From assembly GCF_009914755.1 (NCBI RefSeq), contig NC_060929.1: 64,000 nucleotides of DNA. One strand, written 5' to 3'. Position numbers and translations under genes: made by a program. Position 1 is the first letter of the stretch. Each line of letters starts with the position of its first letter. The notes under the pieces are model-generated. The model was not told the origin of the DNA. It ran no database searches and saw only the letters and a list, made by a program, of their open reading frames with translations. Positions 25,666 through 39,255 of the stretch are shown here, in pieces. Source of the DNA: the human T2T-CHM13v2.0 reference genome, Homo sapiens.

Positions 25666-26127
25666 CTAATACCCAAGGGTAATAATTTTTCATTGTAAGG
25701 AGTAATGATGCTTCTCAACTTACTTAAAGCATAAAGAAAGAATCAGGTACTCTTTTGCTTTCCTGGAAAAGAAATTAACCACCCTCTAAGTGTTGGAGTT
25801 GTGCATAAGCCCCAGGCTAGGCAGGGAGGTCTCTATTGAGATCTGAGGGATTAGGGAACTCAGGAGTGTGAGAATTTATGTCACTTACATGAATGACTTT
25901 GTAGGTGTAGCTTTCAAAATGGGTTTCTATGCCACTTAGAAAATGGCCCAATAGGAGCTTTGCTGCCAGGTGGACACAGCTCTACTGTCCAGCCTATAAG
26001 GGGTAGGCACTTTAGCAACAACCCTATCATTGAAGAGTTTTTTAGAGCCCCTTCCCCCTTTTTAACTAATCACAAGGTCTAGTGTCAGAGCTGTTTAGTA
26101 ATTTGCCTAAGGACACAACTCTAGTAA

Positions 26128-26568
<441 letters not shown>

Positions 26569-26954
26569 TTAGAGCAAGTTTTTAAATAAATGAACTTTAT
26601 ATTGCTTTTCTTTTATTACCAATCTTTACGTTTTCCTTTATTAATTAACTCTGAATATTGTCTTGAATGTAACACTGTTCATGAACTTTTATCTTCAATT
26701 TAAGCTTATTTGAGAGTTGGATACCATGGGATATGAATCAATCAATACAGAAGCAAAGCTACATTTTAACCCTAGAAATGTAATTTATGCAGTCTTGGCT
26801 GTCTATGCAAGCCATAAGAAGGTCTCAATTCACATTTTCAGCCTTTATGATTTGGGATAGAAAGAAGTTGTTTTTAAGCAATATGATTAAGCCCTGTTAC
26901 TCTTTGTCTTAGCCATGCTGACAGGTAGCAACATGGAGAAAAATATATATTCTA

Positions 26955-27210
26955 TATCCATTCAACGAATCAAACACCTACAATATTGAGACACACTACT
27001 CGAGACACAGAATACATCAGTGAACAAAACAAAGACTTTGTTCTCGTGAAACTCATTCTGATAGATAAATAGTTAAAATATATGTACATATATGTGTCTT
27101 AATATGTGTGTGTATATGAATATATAAGAGGTAGTAAATGCCATAAAAGTAAGTAAGGGTGATGTTATGTGGGTGTTTTATCAAGGATGGTCATAAAGGA
27201 CTTCTTTGAG
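26955..27210 (-). mobile_element. L2 fragment
   Basis: atccattcaacgaatc ... cagtgaacaaaacaaagac ... aggatggtcataaaggacttctttgag. Confidence 0.6.
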
Positions 27211-27391
27211 AGCCACAGAAATTTGGCTTCATCTGAGGGTAGCATCCTTCCCTCCTTCCCATCAGATAAGCTCCCTGTATGGTTGCCTACTTCAGCAGAT
27301 GAAGTCAGTCCCAGGGTAGATGGACATCTCTGCTATGTGAGCAAGTCATTAGAAATAAATTGTTGCTGAAGGTAGAAATCATCATGTAGGG

Positions 27392-27920
27392 CAGGGGTCC
27401 CCAACCCCCAGGCCACGGACCAGTAGCAGTTTGTGGCCTATTAGGAACTGGGCCACACAGCAGGAGGTGAATGGCAGATTAGCAAGTGAAGTTTCATCTG
27501 TGTTTACAGCTGCTCCCCATCACTTGCACCCCTGCCTGAGCCCCACCTCCTGTCAGATCAGCAGCAACATTAGGTTCTCATGGAAGCTGGAACCCTATTG
27601 TGAACTGAGCATGCAAGGGATCTAGGTTCCATGCTCCTTATGAGAACCTGATGCCTGATGATCGTCACTGTCTCCTATCAACTTCAGATGGGATTATCTA
27701 GTTGCAGAAAAGCAAGTTTAGGGCTCCCATTGATTCTACATTATGGTGAGTTGTATAATTATTTCATTATATAGTGCAATGTAATAATAATAGAAATAAG
27801 GGACTCAATAAATGCAACACACTTGAATCATCCTGAAACCATCCCCACCTGGCCCAATCTGTGGAAAAATTGTCTTCCACGAAACCAGTCCCCTGTGCCA
27901 AAACAGTTGAGGGACAGCTG
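27392..27920 (+). mobile_element. MER1A (hAT-Charlie) DNA transposon
   Basis: caggggtccccaacccccaggccacggacc ... gttgagggacagctg; 529 bp; 8-bp TSD atgtaggg/atgtaagg. Confidence 0.93.
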
Positions 27921-28713
27921 ATGTAAGGAACGGCAAGAAGAATCATAAGAAGTATGGATAGAATGTGATGCACAAGCATGCTGATAAACATTCTCTTGGT
28001 TGTGTCAAGCTGCCCTTTCTGTTGATCATAAATGTTTTAGGTTCAGAACTAATTTGACCCTTTCCCTGTTTGGGAAAAAGAAAAGTTAGTTTCTCTTTCT
28101 TCTGAAGGTCTTGATTATCACAGGAGCGATGACCTAATTAAAATTGGATTCCAGCATGTAGACTGTCTCTGAATGTTTGCTATCTCTATGGCAGCTCTTG
28201 AGGATATTCATTACTCAATCTCATATTTCAAAAACTTATTTTATCAAGACTAATGAGTCTTTATCATTCATCTCTAAAGTGAGTGGCTACACACATTTAA
28301 TATTTTATGCAGCTCTTTTATGTGGATGTGAACAGAATTAGAGCCAATATAACCATTTAGTACCCTTTTCTATATGTGATAATTTATCATGGCTATCTGC
28401 CCAGCCAGGTAGATTTCCTTGTTTCTAGTTCACTTCTACCTAACGTGATTTTAAATCTTTTTGAAAACAAGGAGAAGTGTGCACAGGGGGCACCTTGTGG
28501 CAGGAACTGGAAATAGTGATGTGTTTGAAGGAAAGGGGAAGGCTGGAATTGGATCTCAGAAGAGAGGGAAAGATGAGAGTCTAGCTCACAACTGTTGGAA
28601 GGTTGTGGGGTTGGGGAGCTGGGGGGTCAGGCTCTTTTTACAGTTGCTGAAATTCAGTCATTAAACTGAGCTGTTCAGGAGAGGAACTCAAACTGGCTGT
28701 AAGAAGTGTTTAA

Positions 28714-29066
28714 TTTTTTTTTTTTATTATTATCCTTTAAGTTCTGGGATACATGTGCAGAACATGCAGGTTTGTTGCGTAGGTATACATGTGCCATGGT
28801 GGTTTGCTGCACCCTTCAACCTGTCATCTACATTAGGTATTTGTCCTAATGCTATCCCTCCCCTTGCCCCCTACCCCCGACGGGCCCCGGTGTGTGATGT
28901 TCCCCTCCCTGTGCCCATGTGTTCTCATTGTTCAACTCCCACTTATGAGTGAGAACATGGGGTGTTCGGTTTTCTGTTTCTGTGTTAGTTTACTGAGAAT
29001 GATGGTTTGCAGCTTCATCCATGTTCCTGCAAAGGACATAAACTCGTTCTTTCTTTTTATGGCTGC
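28714..29066 (-). mobile_element. L1PA7-like 3' end, 5'-truncated
   Basis: tttaagttctgggatacatgtgcagaac ... cattaggtatttgtcctaatgctatccctcccc ... tttatggctgc; flanking repeat agaagtg. Confidence 0.92.
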
Positions 29067-29709
29067 CGAGAAGTGATTTTTTCAAAGCAAGATTGAGTTG
29101 ATTAGTCACATCTAGGGCATGAATGTGATATTTGTCTTCTGTGTTCTTAATTCCTTTTGTTCCAAGGTGGTTGGTGCCTTTATGAGTACCTACAGCTCCC
29201 CCGCCACAACCAATTGCTGCTCATTTCCCCCTCCATCCTTTCCCATGGCATTCTACTCAGACTTACGTTGTGCCCCCACTATAATCAGGTGCTTCCTGAC
29301 TCCATTCCCAGCTAACTTGGCATATTGCATCATGCACAGTGTTCTGCATACAGTAGGTGTGCAAAATATATTTCTTGAATAAATGTGTTCATAGCTTAAT
29401 ATGTAACTCCTACCAAGCACCACAGGTATTGCAAAAGGCTTCTCAGAAATGTGCTTTGGCATGAACTAATGGTAGAGATTTCAAGGTCCTTAGAGATATG
29501 GGGAAGTGATATATTTATAAAGCTGAACCTTGATGAAGTTCTTTTGCCCGATCAATTCCTTTGGGCAGAGATTCTGAAATGAATAGTGAGACTGAAGGTC
29601 ATCCTCTGCATATCTACTCAGAATCTGGCCCAGGTGTTGTATTAATAATTTTCCTTTCATTAACACTGTCCCCACATGAATACTTCCAGGGCTGACCTTC
29701 TTGAATCAA

Positions 29710-29955
29710 GAGACAGGATGGTTTGTGGAATGAGAAACAGATGTACAGTCAGGAGTCTCTAATTCACCTTCCAGCTTTGGCCCTTTCCAGCACTACAATA
29801 TTGGGCAAGTCTCTTCATTTCTCTCAGCTTCCATTTTCTCCTTATAAAATGGTAACTCTATACCCTGACGTACCTACAATGAATTTGAAGGACCATTTGC
29901 AATAATGGATGAAAATATTCTTTGTAAACTGTGAAGTGTAAACAAAGGCATAAAG
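29710..29955 (+). mobile_element. MIR relic
   Basis: ttgggcaagtctcttcatttctctcagcttccattttctccttataaaatgg ... ctttgtaaactgtgaagtg. Confidence 0.7.
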
Positions 29956-30069
29956 ACGTGTTTAATGCTAACATTTGGATTTTCTGTTTAAATACCAGAT
30001 CAGCTGCTTTCTGCTACACAAATGTTAACTGATCTGATGATCTTTATTAGACATTAATAGTAGAATTGT

Positions 30070-30780
30070 GTTGAATTTACTTATCTGTGTGGTTGTTGAG
30101 TGCCTACCCAATGACAAGTTGTGTGCTAAGTGCTATGTATAAATCTATAGATGGTGGGGAAAAAACCATTATTTCTTCTCTTGGTGAATTTACAGAGGAA
30201 GAAAGGTATTAGGTAAGCCTAATGACTATATAATTATAACTGTAAAATTAAACGTATGTTTTAATAGTTATATTAAATGTATGTTATAATAGTTGCCATG
30301 AAGGAAACAAACGGTGTGGGAGAGAGATACAGAGTTAGTGAAAACAGAAAGTCGTGAAATGAGCAGTGGTAAGCTGGCAAGCCAGGTCAGGAATCAGGAG
30401 CAATGCAGGGGGAAAAGCACATGGAAAAAGCCCCATGAATTCAGGAAACATAAAGGGGGCCAATGTGGCTATGAGTGAGGTGCGTAGTGCAAGTGCTTTG
30501 AGTGGCTCAAATAGTGAGTAGAAGGATCTGAGGGCACAGTGGTAGGCAGCAGTTACATTGTGAGCCTCATTTAAGATGCTCAATCTCATTATAAGCTAAA
30601 TGCAAAGTCATTGAAGTGTATGGAAGCATGAGACCACTATGACCACTAGATTTGTGTTAAAAAGGACAAAATATTATGCTCTCTGGATGCTGTGTGACCA
30701 GATGAGAGGTGGACCTATGTGAAAACACGTAGACCAGCTAAGAGGTTATTGCAGTCATCCAGGCAAGAAATGTGGATGGC
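30070..30780 (-). mobile_element. L2 fragment
   Basis: gttgagtgcctacc ... tgtgctaagtgct ... agaccagctaagaggttattgcagtcatccaggcaagaaat. Confidence 0.75.
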
Positions 30781-31186
30781 TGCGGTTGGCCTTGCTACTG
30801 TTTACCATGTATCTCTAGCGCTCCTTTTTCTGGGGGCACTGTAGGATTTAATCCCTCAGCTCCTTTTAAGGGTAGGCATGAACCTTTCAAAACTGACTTT
30901 GGTCAATGAAACTGAGAGAAATAACTTGTATTACTTCTGGACAGAACATTTAAGAACAAATGAGTGATTTGCTGTGTTCCCTAGCTTCTCTCTTGGTGTG
31001 CATGGAAACACATGCGCACGTGAAGCCTCCATCAACGCAAGCCCCTGAGTGGCTATGATGAACAGTTCCTCCGCTGGCCAGCATTAGATATGGCATAAGA
31101 AGGGAGTACACCTTTGTTGTGTGCTGACCACTGAAATTTTGAGGTTGTTTGTTATTGCAGAGCATAAAATTATATTAATTGATACT
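30781..31186 (+). mobile_element. MLT1I-like LTR
   Basis: gactttggtcaatgaaactgagagaa ... ttacttctggacagaacatttaaga ... ccactgaaattttgaggttgtttgttattgcag ... attgatact. Confidence 0.75.
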
Positions 31187-31736
31187 GTGCTCATATATAG
31201 GCATCATAATTAATTTAAAAATAAACTCCATTTTTACACATATGAGGATACTATAACAATACTATGATGAATGATAGTATAATTTTTAACCATTTATAGC
31301 CCTTTTTATAGCACTTAGCACTTCTGAATTCTGTTGGTAGAATTATAGCTCATCACTGTTGCCCCTACATCTTGATTCAGAGCAATAATCTTGTGATATT
31401 AGTTGGTGAAAGATATCAATATCCTGGTCTTTCTAGAAAGATTTTTTTGGAACTTTTGTAATTGCTTTAGTTACTTCCTTTACTCATTATTATTTATATG
31501 TCATTCAACGAAGAGAGAGAGCTAAAAAGCTAAACATATGAGAAGTTTGAAATGTTTTAGTTTCTAACTTGTTTTTTAAAGTGGGGGTAAATCTGTGTGT
31601 TTTTCTATGTGAATATTATTAAGACGCTGGTCAGGTGACTTTCTAGCCCTGTGTCATACTACTCAACCCCTAGGCAACAAGTATAATTTGGGGCACTCAA
31701 ATATCTGTTCTTAGTTTTATGTGGTAATACAGTGTG

Positions 31737-31797
31737 TATATATATAGAGAGAGAGTGTGAGTGTGTGTGTGTGTATGTATACATATACATATATGTA
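31737..31797. repeat. Compound (TA)/(GA)/(TG) microsatellite
   Basis: tatatatatagagagagagtgtgagtgtgtgtgtgtgtatgtatacatatacatatatgtac. Confidence 0.85.
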
Positions 31798-32723
31798 CTT
31801 AAGAAAGCCAAGTCTTCTCTGCCACCTGCATGCCTATTTCTTACCCACTTACCATGCTATAGGAGAGAGTAGGCTATATATTTAAAGCATTGGCCTATTC
31901 CCTGACAACCTGCATTCTGTAGTTTCAATGACTTGTAGGTTGCAGGAAGAATGGGAAGAGTTAATTGCCAACTTTATTTTGTTAGGAGAGGCAGATTTCA
32001 TTTCACATTGATTTTCTGCATTCTCTGTGCCAATTTGTGACAGCTTGTTTCGCAGCTCCACATTTGTTTAAAGCTCTCTAACAGGCTGAATTTTATTATT
32101 TTTTTCATGCTGTTTTTTTCTTTTGCTTTTCCTTTTTTTCTTTCTTTTTTCTTTTTTTTTTTTTTTTTGTTTAAACTTAGGAGAACATGGCTTTGCACAT
32201 GGTCGGGAACCCAAATAAGCCTCTCTCTCTGGAGTTGATGATTGGCAGCTCCCCCTGTCGTGCAGATGTGAAACAAGGAAAGCTAATTTTCCCATCGACT
32301 TTCTAGTTTCTATTACTATCTGTCATTTCACATTGGTACTCATTACAGCCATCTTCTTGCCAGATGGAAATCTACCTACTCACTGGGTGTCCATTTTCTG
32401 CCACTCATGGATCATGACAATGTCAGACAATATGTCAGTAAACTCTTTTCAATATACTTTTTTTTGCATTGGATAGATTGGTGACATTTTATGAAATGCT
32501 TGATATTGATGGAAAGTACCTTCATGTCATACATTAGCAAAGTAAAGAAAAGGCCAGGAAGTCCAGGTTTCTTGAGAAAAGTTGCCTGTGATATAAGAAG
32601 AGATAAGTGGTATTGGCAACACAAATGAATCATTGTGTTGCCATAGTTGTTCTCTGAAAACTGAACTGGACATGACTAATGACCCATATGAACATACAAA
32701 TTAAGTATTGATATATGCCCAAG

Positions 32724-33100
32724 TAATATGGTTTGGCTATATCCCCACCCAAATCTCATCTTGAATTGTAATCCCCATAATCCCCACATGTCGAGAGACG
32801 GACCCAGTGAGATGTGAATGGATCATGGGGATGGGTACCCTCATGCTGTTCTTGTGATAGTGAGTGAGTCCTCACGAGATCTGATGGTTTTGTAAGAATC
32901 TGGCATTTTGCCTGCTTGCTCTTCTCTCTCCTGCCACCATGTGAAGAAGGTCTTTGCTTTCCCTTCACCTTCTGCCATGATTGTAAGTTTCCTGAGGCCT
33001 CTCTAGCCATGCGGAACTGTGAATCAGTTAAACTTCTTTCCTTTAAAAATTACCCAGTCTTTGACCATTCTTTATAGCAGTGTGAGAATGAATTAGTACA
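32724..33100 (+). mobile_element. THE1D-type MaLR solo LTR
   Basis: atatggtttggct..ccccacccaaatctcatcttgaattgtaa ... tctggcattt ... ttctttatagcagtgtgagaatgaattagtaca; 377 bp; TSD ccaag/ccaaa. Confidence 0.93.
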
Positions 33101-33171
33101 CCAAATAACACTAGAAGGTCCTATTCTTGATGAGATGACAAGTTATAGCCGGAAACTAGTCTTGCTTAACC

Positions 33172-33360
33172 CAGTGGTTCTCAAAGCCTGGTCCTGGATC
33201 AGAAGCAGCAATATCACCTGGCAACCTGTTAGAAATGCAGATTGTTAGGCCCACCTCAGTCCAACTGAATCAGAAACTCTGAGAGTGGGGCCCAGCAATT
33301 TATATTATTTTAGAAGCCCTCCATGTGATTCTGATGCTTGCTAGAGTTTGAGACCCACTT
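33172..33360. mobile_element. MER5A DNA transposon
   Basis: cagtggttctcaaag ... tgttagaaatgcagatt ... ctgaatcagaaactctg ... agtttgagacccact. Confidence 0.9.
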
Positions 33361-34051
33361 AAGGACTAAGGCAGAAATTGGAGAATCAGTGCAATCATGG
33401 AGTGTTTTTTAATTGGGTTAATAACCCAGATAGTTGTTTCAGTTATCGATTTCTTTTTTCACAGATAAGCATGGGGAGGCGATATGTCCGTGTCTGATAT
33501 ACTGAACTAAACAACTTATGTAATGCAATCAAAATGCAAGTTTATTTTTGTTTTTCAAGCTTCTTATAAAATGTATCCACTGAAAAGAGGTCTTGCCGCC
33601 TTTCATGGAGAACTCCTGGAGGCCTTCTCTGGGCATTCTGCTGCAATAAAGTTCTTATGGATATATTAAGGGCAAATAGGTCTCAGCACAGTTGTTTGGT
33701 CTTCTCTGCAATCGCAGCTGGGCCAGCTGCCTGCAGGAACCTGTAGTAGTCTTCTCTATTCTTCCTTACTCACAGCCTACCTATTCAGCACTAGCAGTTC
33801 CTGCTTACAGCCATATGTTTCAGCAATTCTCTCCACAATAATCCCCCTATTAGAGTTCTATTGTCCTCCCAGGTAGTCGTTTTGGGGAGAATTCAAGCAG
33901 TTCCAGGCAGGCCATCTCTTCCCACCATGGTCCTGATCTGGACCATGGGAGGCCATCAAGCATCTTTGCCTGACAGCTGTGGTCCAGTAAACTGATGGCA
34001 GTGCAGCAGCCACTCTGCTCTGCTGCTCAGGATGTCTGTCAGCCTCTACAT

Positions 34052-34255
34052 CAGGTGTTGGCAAGCTCTGGCCCATGGGCCGACTCTGGTCTGCTTCCTG
34101 TTTTTGTAAGTAGTTTCACTGGAACACAGTCATATCTGTTAGTTTATGTATAGTCTATGGTTACTTTTGCACTACAATGTGCAAGAGACTATATGAATTG
34201 CAAAACCTAAAATATTTATTATCTGTCTCTTTGCAGAAAAAAATTGCAAACCCTG
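34052..34255 (+). mobile_element. MER58A DNA transposon
   Basis: caggtgttggcaagct ... cctaaaatatttattatctg ... aaaccctg; 8-bp TSD ctctacat/ctctagat. Confidence 0.9.
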
Positions 34256-35095
34256 CTCTAGATTTTGGGGGTGGATGACATAATGGGGAGGGAGAAAATG
34301 GGAAATCAGACCCATTTTCTCCCACTTTGCCTGTCAGATACCAACTGCAGGGATTTATTAGGCTCTCTAGGTGTTCTCCTTGAAGAGCACTTCTGTCCCT
34401 CCCTTACATTTAAGGAGAAGAGGCGGCCAAACGGCAGCAGCTCTATCCAGATATTTCCTTTACAAATTCTCTCATTACTTTCCAGCCCTTGACATCTTTA
34501 TCCTTTTGATGTAAGTGAGGTGTCCATGTCCAAGAGGCATAACTGATCTTAGCCACCCATTTTGGAAACACAAAACTTTGTTCCATTAACCTCATTTTGC
34601 CTTAGGTCAAAGCTCAGGATTTACATTCAAGGACATTTGCGTTTATATACTTGAATAAAACTCGGAACATATTCCTGGTCCTTGATTTGGGGGAGATGTG
34701 GGAAAACTATTGGTGGACTAAATTAAAACTTAGCTGATATTTTTCCTACTTAGATGATAATTGTGGGTCAGAGCCTCCAATTAAAGAGGTAAGCACAGAA
34801 GCTTTGTAAGATTTACACGTGACATATTCACATAATACATTTTAATCACCTCTCAAGTCCACATCAGGCCTCTGATCAAACCTAAAATGTAACATTGCAA
34901 ATCAAAACACCCAAGAATTGCTCTGTTTCCTAAAACAGGCTCAAAATAAGTCTCATGCTTATCAATGCTCTAATGTCTCATAGAAAAATCAGTCTGCTTT
35001 CCAGTCCCCGAGATATAAACTGACTTGTGGCATCTTCCAGTCAAGTTCCTTGTTTATTATTTATGTATTGTTTTAGCATTGCTGAATTCACTTTA

Positions 35096-35989
35096 TTTAT
35101 TATATATATATATATATATATATTTTATTATACTTTAAGTTCTAGGGTACATGTGCACAACATGCAGGTTTGTTACATATGTATACATGTGCCATGTTTG
35201 TGTGCTGCACCCATTAACTCGTCATTTACATTAGGTATATCTCCTAATGCTATCACTCCCCCCTCCCCCCACCCCACAACAGGCCCCACTGTGTGATGTT
35301 CCCCTTCCTGTGTCCAAGTGTTCTCATTGTTCAATTCCCACCTATGAGTGAGAAAATGCAGTGTTTGGTTTTTTGTCCTTCCAATAGTTTGCTGAGAATG
35401 ATGGTTTCCAGCTTCATCCATGTCCCTACAAAGGACATGAACTCATCCTTTTTTATGGCTGCATAGTATTCCATGGTGTATATGTGCCACATTTTCTTAA
35501 TCCAGTCTATCATTGTTGGACATTTGGGTTGGTTCCAAGTCTTTGCTATTGTGAGTAGTGCCGCAATAAACATACGTGTGCATATGTCTTTATAGCAGCA
35601 TGATTTATAATCCTTTGGGTATATACCCAGTAATGGGATGGCTGGGTCAAATGGTATTTCTAGTTCTAGATCCCTGAGGAATTGCCACACTGTCTTCCAC
35701 AGTTGTTGAACTAACTAGTTTACAATCCCACCAACAGTGTAAAAGTGTTTCTATTTCTCCACATCCTCTCCAGCACCTGTTGTTTCCTGACTTTTTAATG
35801 ATTGTCATTCTAACCTGTGTGAGATGGTATCTCATTGTGGTTTTAATTTGCATTTCTCTGATGGCCAGTGATGATGATTTAAAGTTCATATGGAGCCAAA
35901 AAAGAGCCCGCATTGCCAAGTCAATCCTAAGCCAAAAGAACGAAGCTGGAGGCATCACGCTACCTGACTTCAAACTATACTACGAGGCT
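35096..35989 (-). mobile_element. L1PA4-like element with 5' inversion (twin priming)
   Basis: Minus-strand 3' UTR and ORF2 end at 35096-35877, plus-strand ORF2 piece at 35878-35989; 15-bp TSD gctgaattcacttta; (TA)n tail. Confidence 0.95.
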
Positions 35990-36886
35990 GAATTCACTTT
36001 AAGGAAGCAATTGTATTGTATTATCTTGGAAATGATGGAGACACAGGCTAATGGTCCATGAAAAGAATTTATCTCTGATGTTAGTGAGAAGAACATGTCT
36101 CAGATTCCCCTTGAGATGATCCCAAAAAATAAAATAAAATGACTGTGTTGGATAGAGCATGTCAGGTGAAGTCTTCAATCCCAGATCTTGCTCTAGCAGC
36201 TGTTTGTGTCCCCATGTAGGTAAGCTGGCTTGATGAACAAGTAGTCAAAATAGCTGAACAATGAGAGCATGGATTGATTATTTTGTGTTTTTAATACCAC
36301 AACTTAATGGACTATATGGTGAAGTTCCTGCCTTGCCAGAAGTGGAAATCCCACAGCAAAACCTATTAATGATGCCTTGCTTGGCTTTTGATTTTCTAGT
36401 AGTGACTAGGTACTTTTCTAACTTATAGTTTTCAAAAATATTCAGTAACATGTTCACTACTATTTTTCATATTTACCATTAAAATGGTGGTAACATGTCA
36501 GGTAGTAAAGAGAAGAGCTGCTTGCATCTGTTATTATTATACACACATACTAACATTTTTATTAAATCCTAGTTTTCCTCAATCTTATTATGTTTATGTC
36601 CAGAATGATTTATTTTAAGCCAACATGATTATGAGCTTATGCTAATTTACATAGTTAGAGTACAGGCAGATTGTTAAGAAAAAGTGAGAATTTTCTTTAC
36701 TTCATTGCTAATTCCCCATTAAGTCCCTCCAGCATGAGCTCTAGAAATATTAGTTATCTTATATCCGCAAGTTGTTTTTAAAATTTATTCACAAGTTTTG
36801 AAGCTTGGCTACATATAAAAATGCTTCCTTCTATAAAAAAGAGTAGTTATACAAATAACCTAATATAAATACCTTTGAATATATTA

Positions 36887-36922
36887 CACACACACACACT
36901 CTCTCTCTCTCTCTCTCTCTCT
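36887..36922. repeat. (CA)n(CT)n compound microsatellite
   Basis: acacacacacactctctctctctctctctctctct. Confidence 0.9.
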
Positions 36923-38789
36923 TATATAAATGTACCCCAAAGGAAGACTCTGGTACAGACTTTCCTGTTTTTACTGTGTATTTATAATATTTTTTCTGAA
37001 TATTTTTATTTCTTTAGGATTTAGAAAAGTTTTGCAATGTAAACACCACTGTGCTTTTTGTTGTTAAATTTTGGTACTTCCTTGCATTTACATCTTATAT
37101 ACCATGACTTTTAACACCTTTGCTGCAAGGTTAAATATGGGATTCTCAGTTGGTTCCTGTGAATTAAAATCTCCAAGGGAAATCTCTAAGTACCAGAGTG
37201 AAACGGCAGCACGTTTGCTAATACAGAGGAGCAATACACTCATTTGTATTCTCTTAAAGCTAGTGTTGACTGAACTCCTACTATCTATGAAGTATGACTC
37301 TTGGTACTAGAAGGAATCTGAAGATTAAAGCAAAACGGTAGTTGTGCATATTGAACTTTAGGAACATACGTGGCACAGATGTATTATCTTATACAGGTTA
37401 CCTAGCATAAGATAATTCACATAAAATTTTGTTTTTCTCCCAAGTTATCTAGGTCACTGCTATCTCCTCTATTCCCTGAGTATAAGCAGCCTACCATTAA
37501 CTAATGTTTTTTTTTCTTTCAATATTTTTTGTGTGTAGAATCTAGGGTTAGTGCAAAACCAGAACATTAATTTAAAAAAATAGACAGTGATTAGGCTTCT
37601 TTCAGCTTTGTAATTTGTTGTTACTGCTTATTTAGAAATAGAATCAGTTTCCCATTAGCAAAGTGGTTGTGTTTTACTTTTTTTTGGCCGCCATATGAAT
37701 TACAAGTACATTTTTGAATTGCAACCATTTGATTAGTAATGAAAATATACCCTTTCCTCATTCTAAAAATCTGATTAAAATGTTAAAATATATTTCATTG
37801 ATAGCTAGTCTAGTCCATGAAATACATTCATTGTAATCTTCACTAGTCTCATTGATACACCAGATGAACAAACAATTTTACACATAAAAATAAGTTGCTC
37901 ATGAATATAGCAAAAATTATTATGATATTCTTACACTCATCTCATTTTCTCATCCTCTGCCCTTCTGGAACCAAAGCAGTTCTGCCTGTTTGAATTTTCT
38001 AGAGCTTGATGTGAGCAAAGATCTAAGATTGATTCTATCTCTGATAGCAGAGAAGGGAATTAAGGAGTTTCCGGTGCTAGAACTTCTTTTTTTGAGAATA
38101 TAAAATTTGAATTTAAATCCTCAATTGTTTCAGAATTTTCTTTAAGTTATGCTCCTATTTTCCCATTTCAAAGGCTACAGCCACAAAGTAGACATGATGG
38201 TGGTCTCAGCATCTCTTTACTTTCAATAGTTTTACTTCCTAAATATATTGATTATTTTTGCATGATACAAATTAATCCTAGGTTTATAATAAAAGAAATT
38301 TCTTTCATCTCTGATTCAGACAGAGGAAGGTAGTTTGGCTTAACCAGGATACAGTTCTTGTGGGGATAGGTGCCTGCTGGACAGAGGAAGTACCTTGCAG
38401 GGAAGAAGGGAGAGCAATGAGGAGGCTTCCCTAAGAAATGCCCACATACATTTGACTCTTGACCCTCGTAGGTATGATATCTCTACCAGTTTGGAACAAG
38501 GGAGGAATCCAGAGCCTGAGAGGGAGGAAGGAGGTGGTTAGCTATCTCTCTGGAAGCCAATCAGGCAGAGTTCCAAAACATAAAACTTGCATCAGAATCT
38601 CTTGCCCAGAGCACAGCTGCAGGGACCCTCACACCAGATGAACCCTCATGCAACACATCAACATTTATTTAGTGTTATTATTGATCATAGTGTTTCAGGG
38701 AAATAGGGGTGTGGAATATGAGTAGCAGTAGATTATAACATGATATAGAACATTTCATGTGGAAGGGACCTTAGAAATTACTCCTTCAA

Positions 38790-39255
38790 CACCATCTATG
38801 TGCCAGGCACTGTTTTACATGCTGAGAATTCAATGATGACTGAAGCAGATAAGGTCTCTACCTACATAGATCTTACAGTCTGATAGGAGGCAAGCAATAC
38901 CTAAATAAATATCAAGAAAATATTATATTTATAAATGCAATGAAGCAAACAAAATGAGAATAGATGATAAGAACTGGTTGGCAAATTCAGATTGGGCAAT
39001 CAGAAAAGACCTCTTTAAGGAGGAGGTATTTGAGCTGAGACTTGGTGGGGAAGAAGTCAGTGATGTGAAAAGCTGAAGGAAGAGCATTTCCAGGCAGAGG
39101 GAACAATAAGTGCAAAGGCCAGGAGCTATGCAAAAGCTTTACATATTGGGGAATAGAGAAAAGGCCAGGGCAATTGGGGCAAAATCAGTAGCGGGCCAAA
39201 GTTTGGAAAGGTAGGCAGGGACATATCATGAGACCTTGAAGACAAGGTAAGGATC
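38790..39255 (-). mobile_element. L2 fragment
   Basis: ctatgtgccaggcactgttt ... tttgagctgagac ... agagcatttccaggcagagggaacaataagtgcaaaggcc. Confidence 0.85.

Noticed and set aside
28605-28632. G-run cluster (possible G-quadruplex)
   Set aside because: Only three separate runs of three or more G; weak candidate.
31998-32295. Lysine-rich ORFs
   Set aside because: Produced by the T-rich low-complexity tract read on the minus strand.
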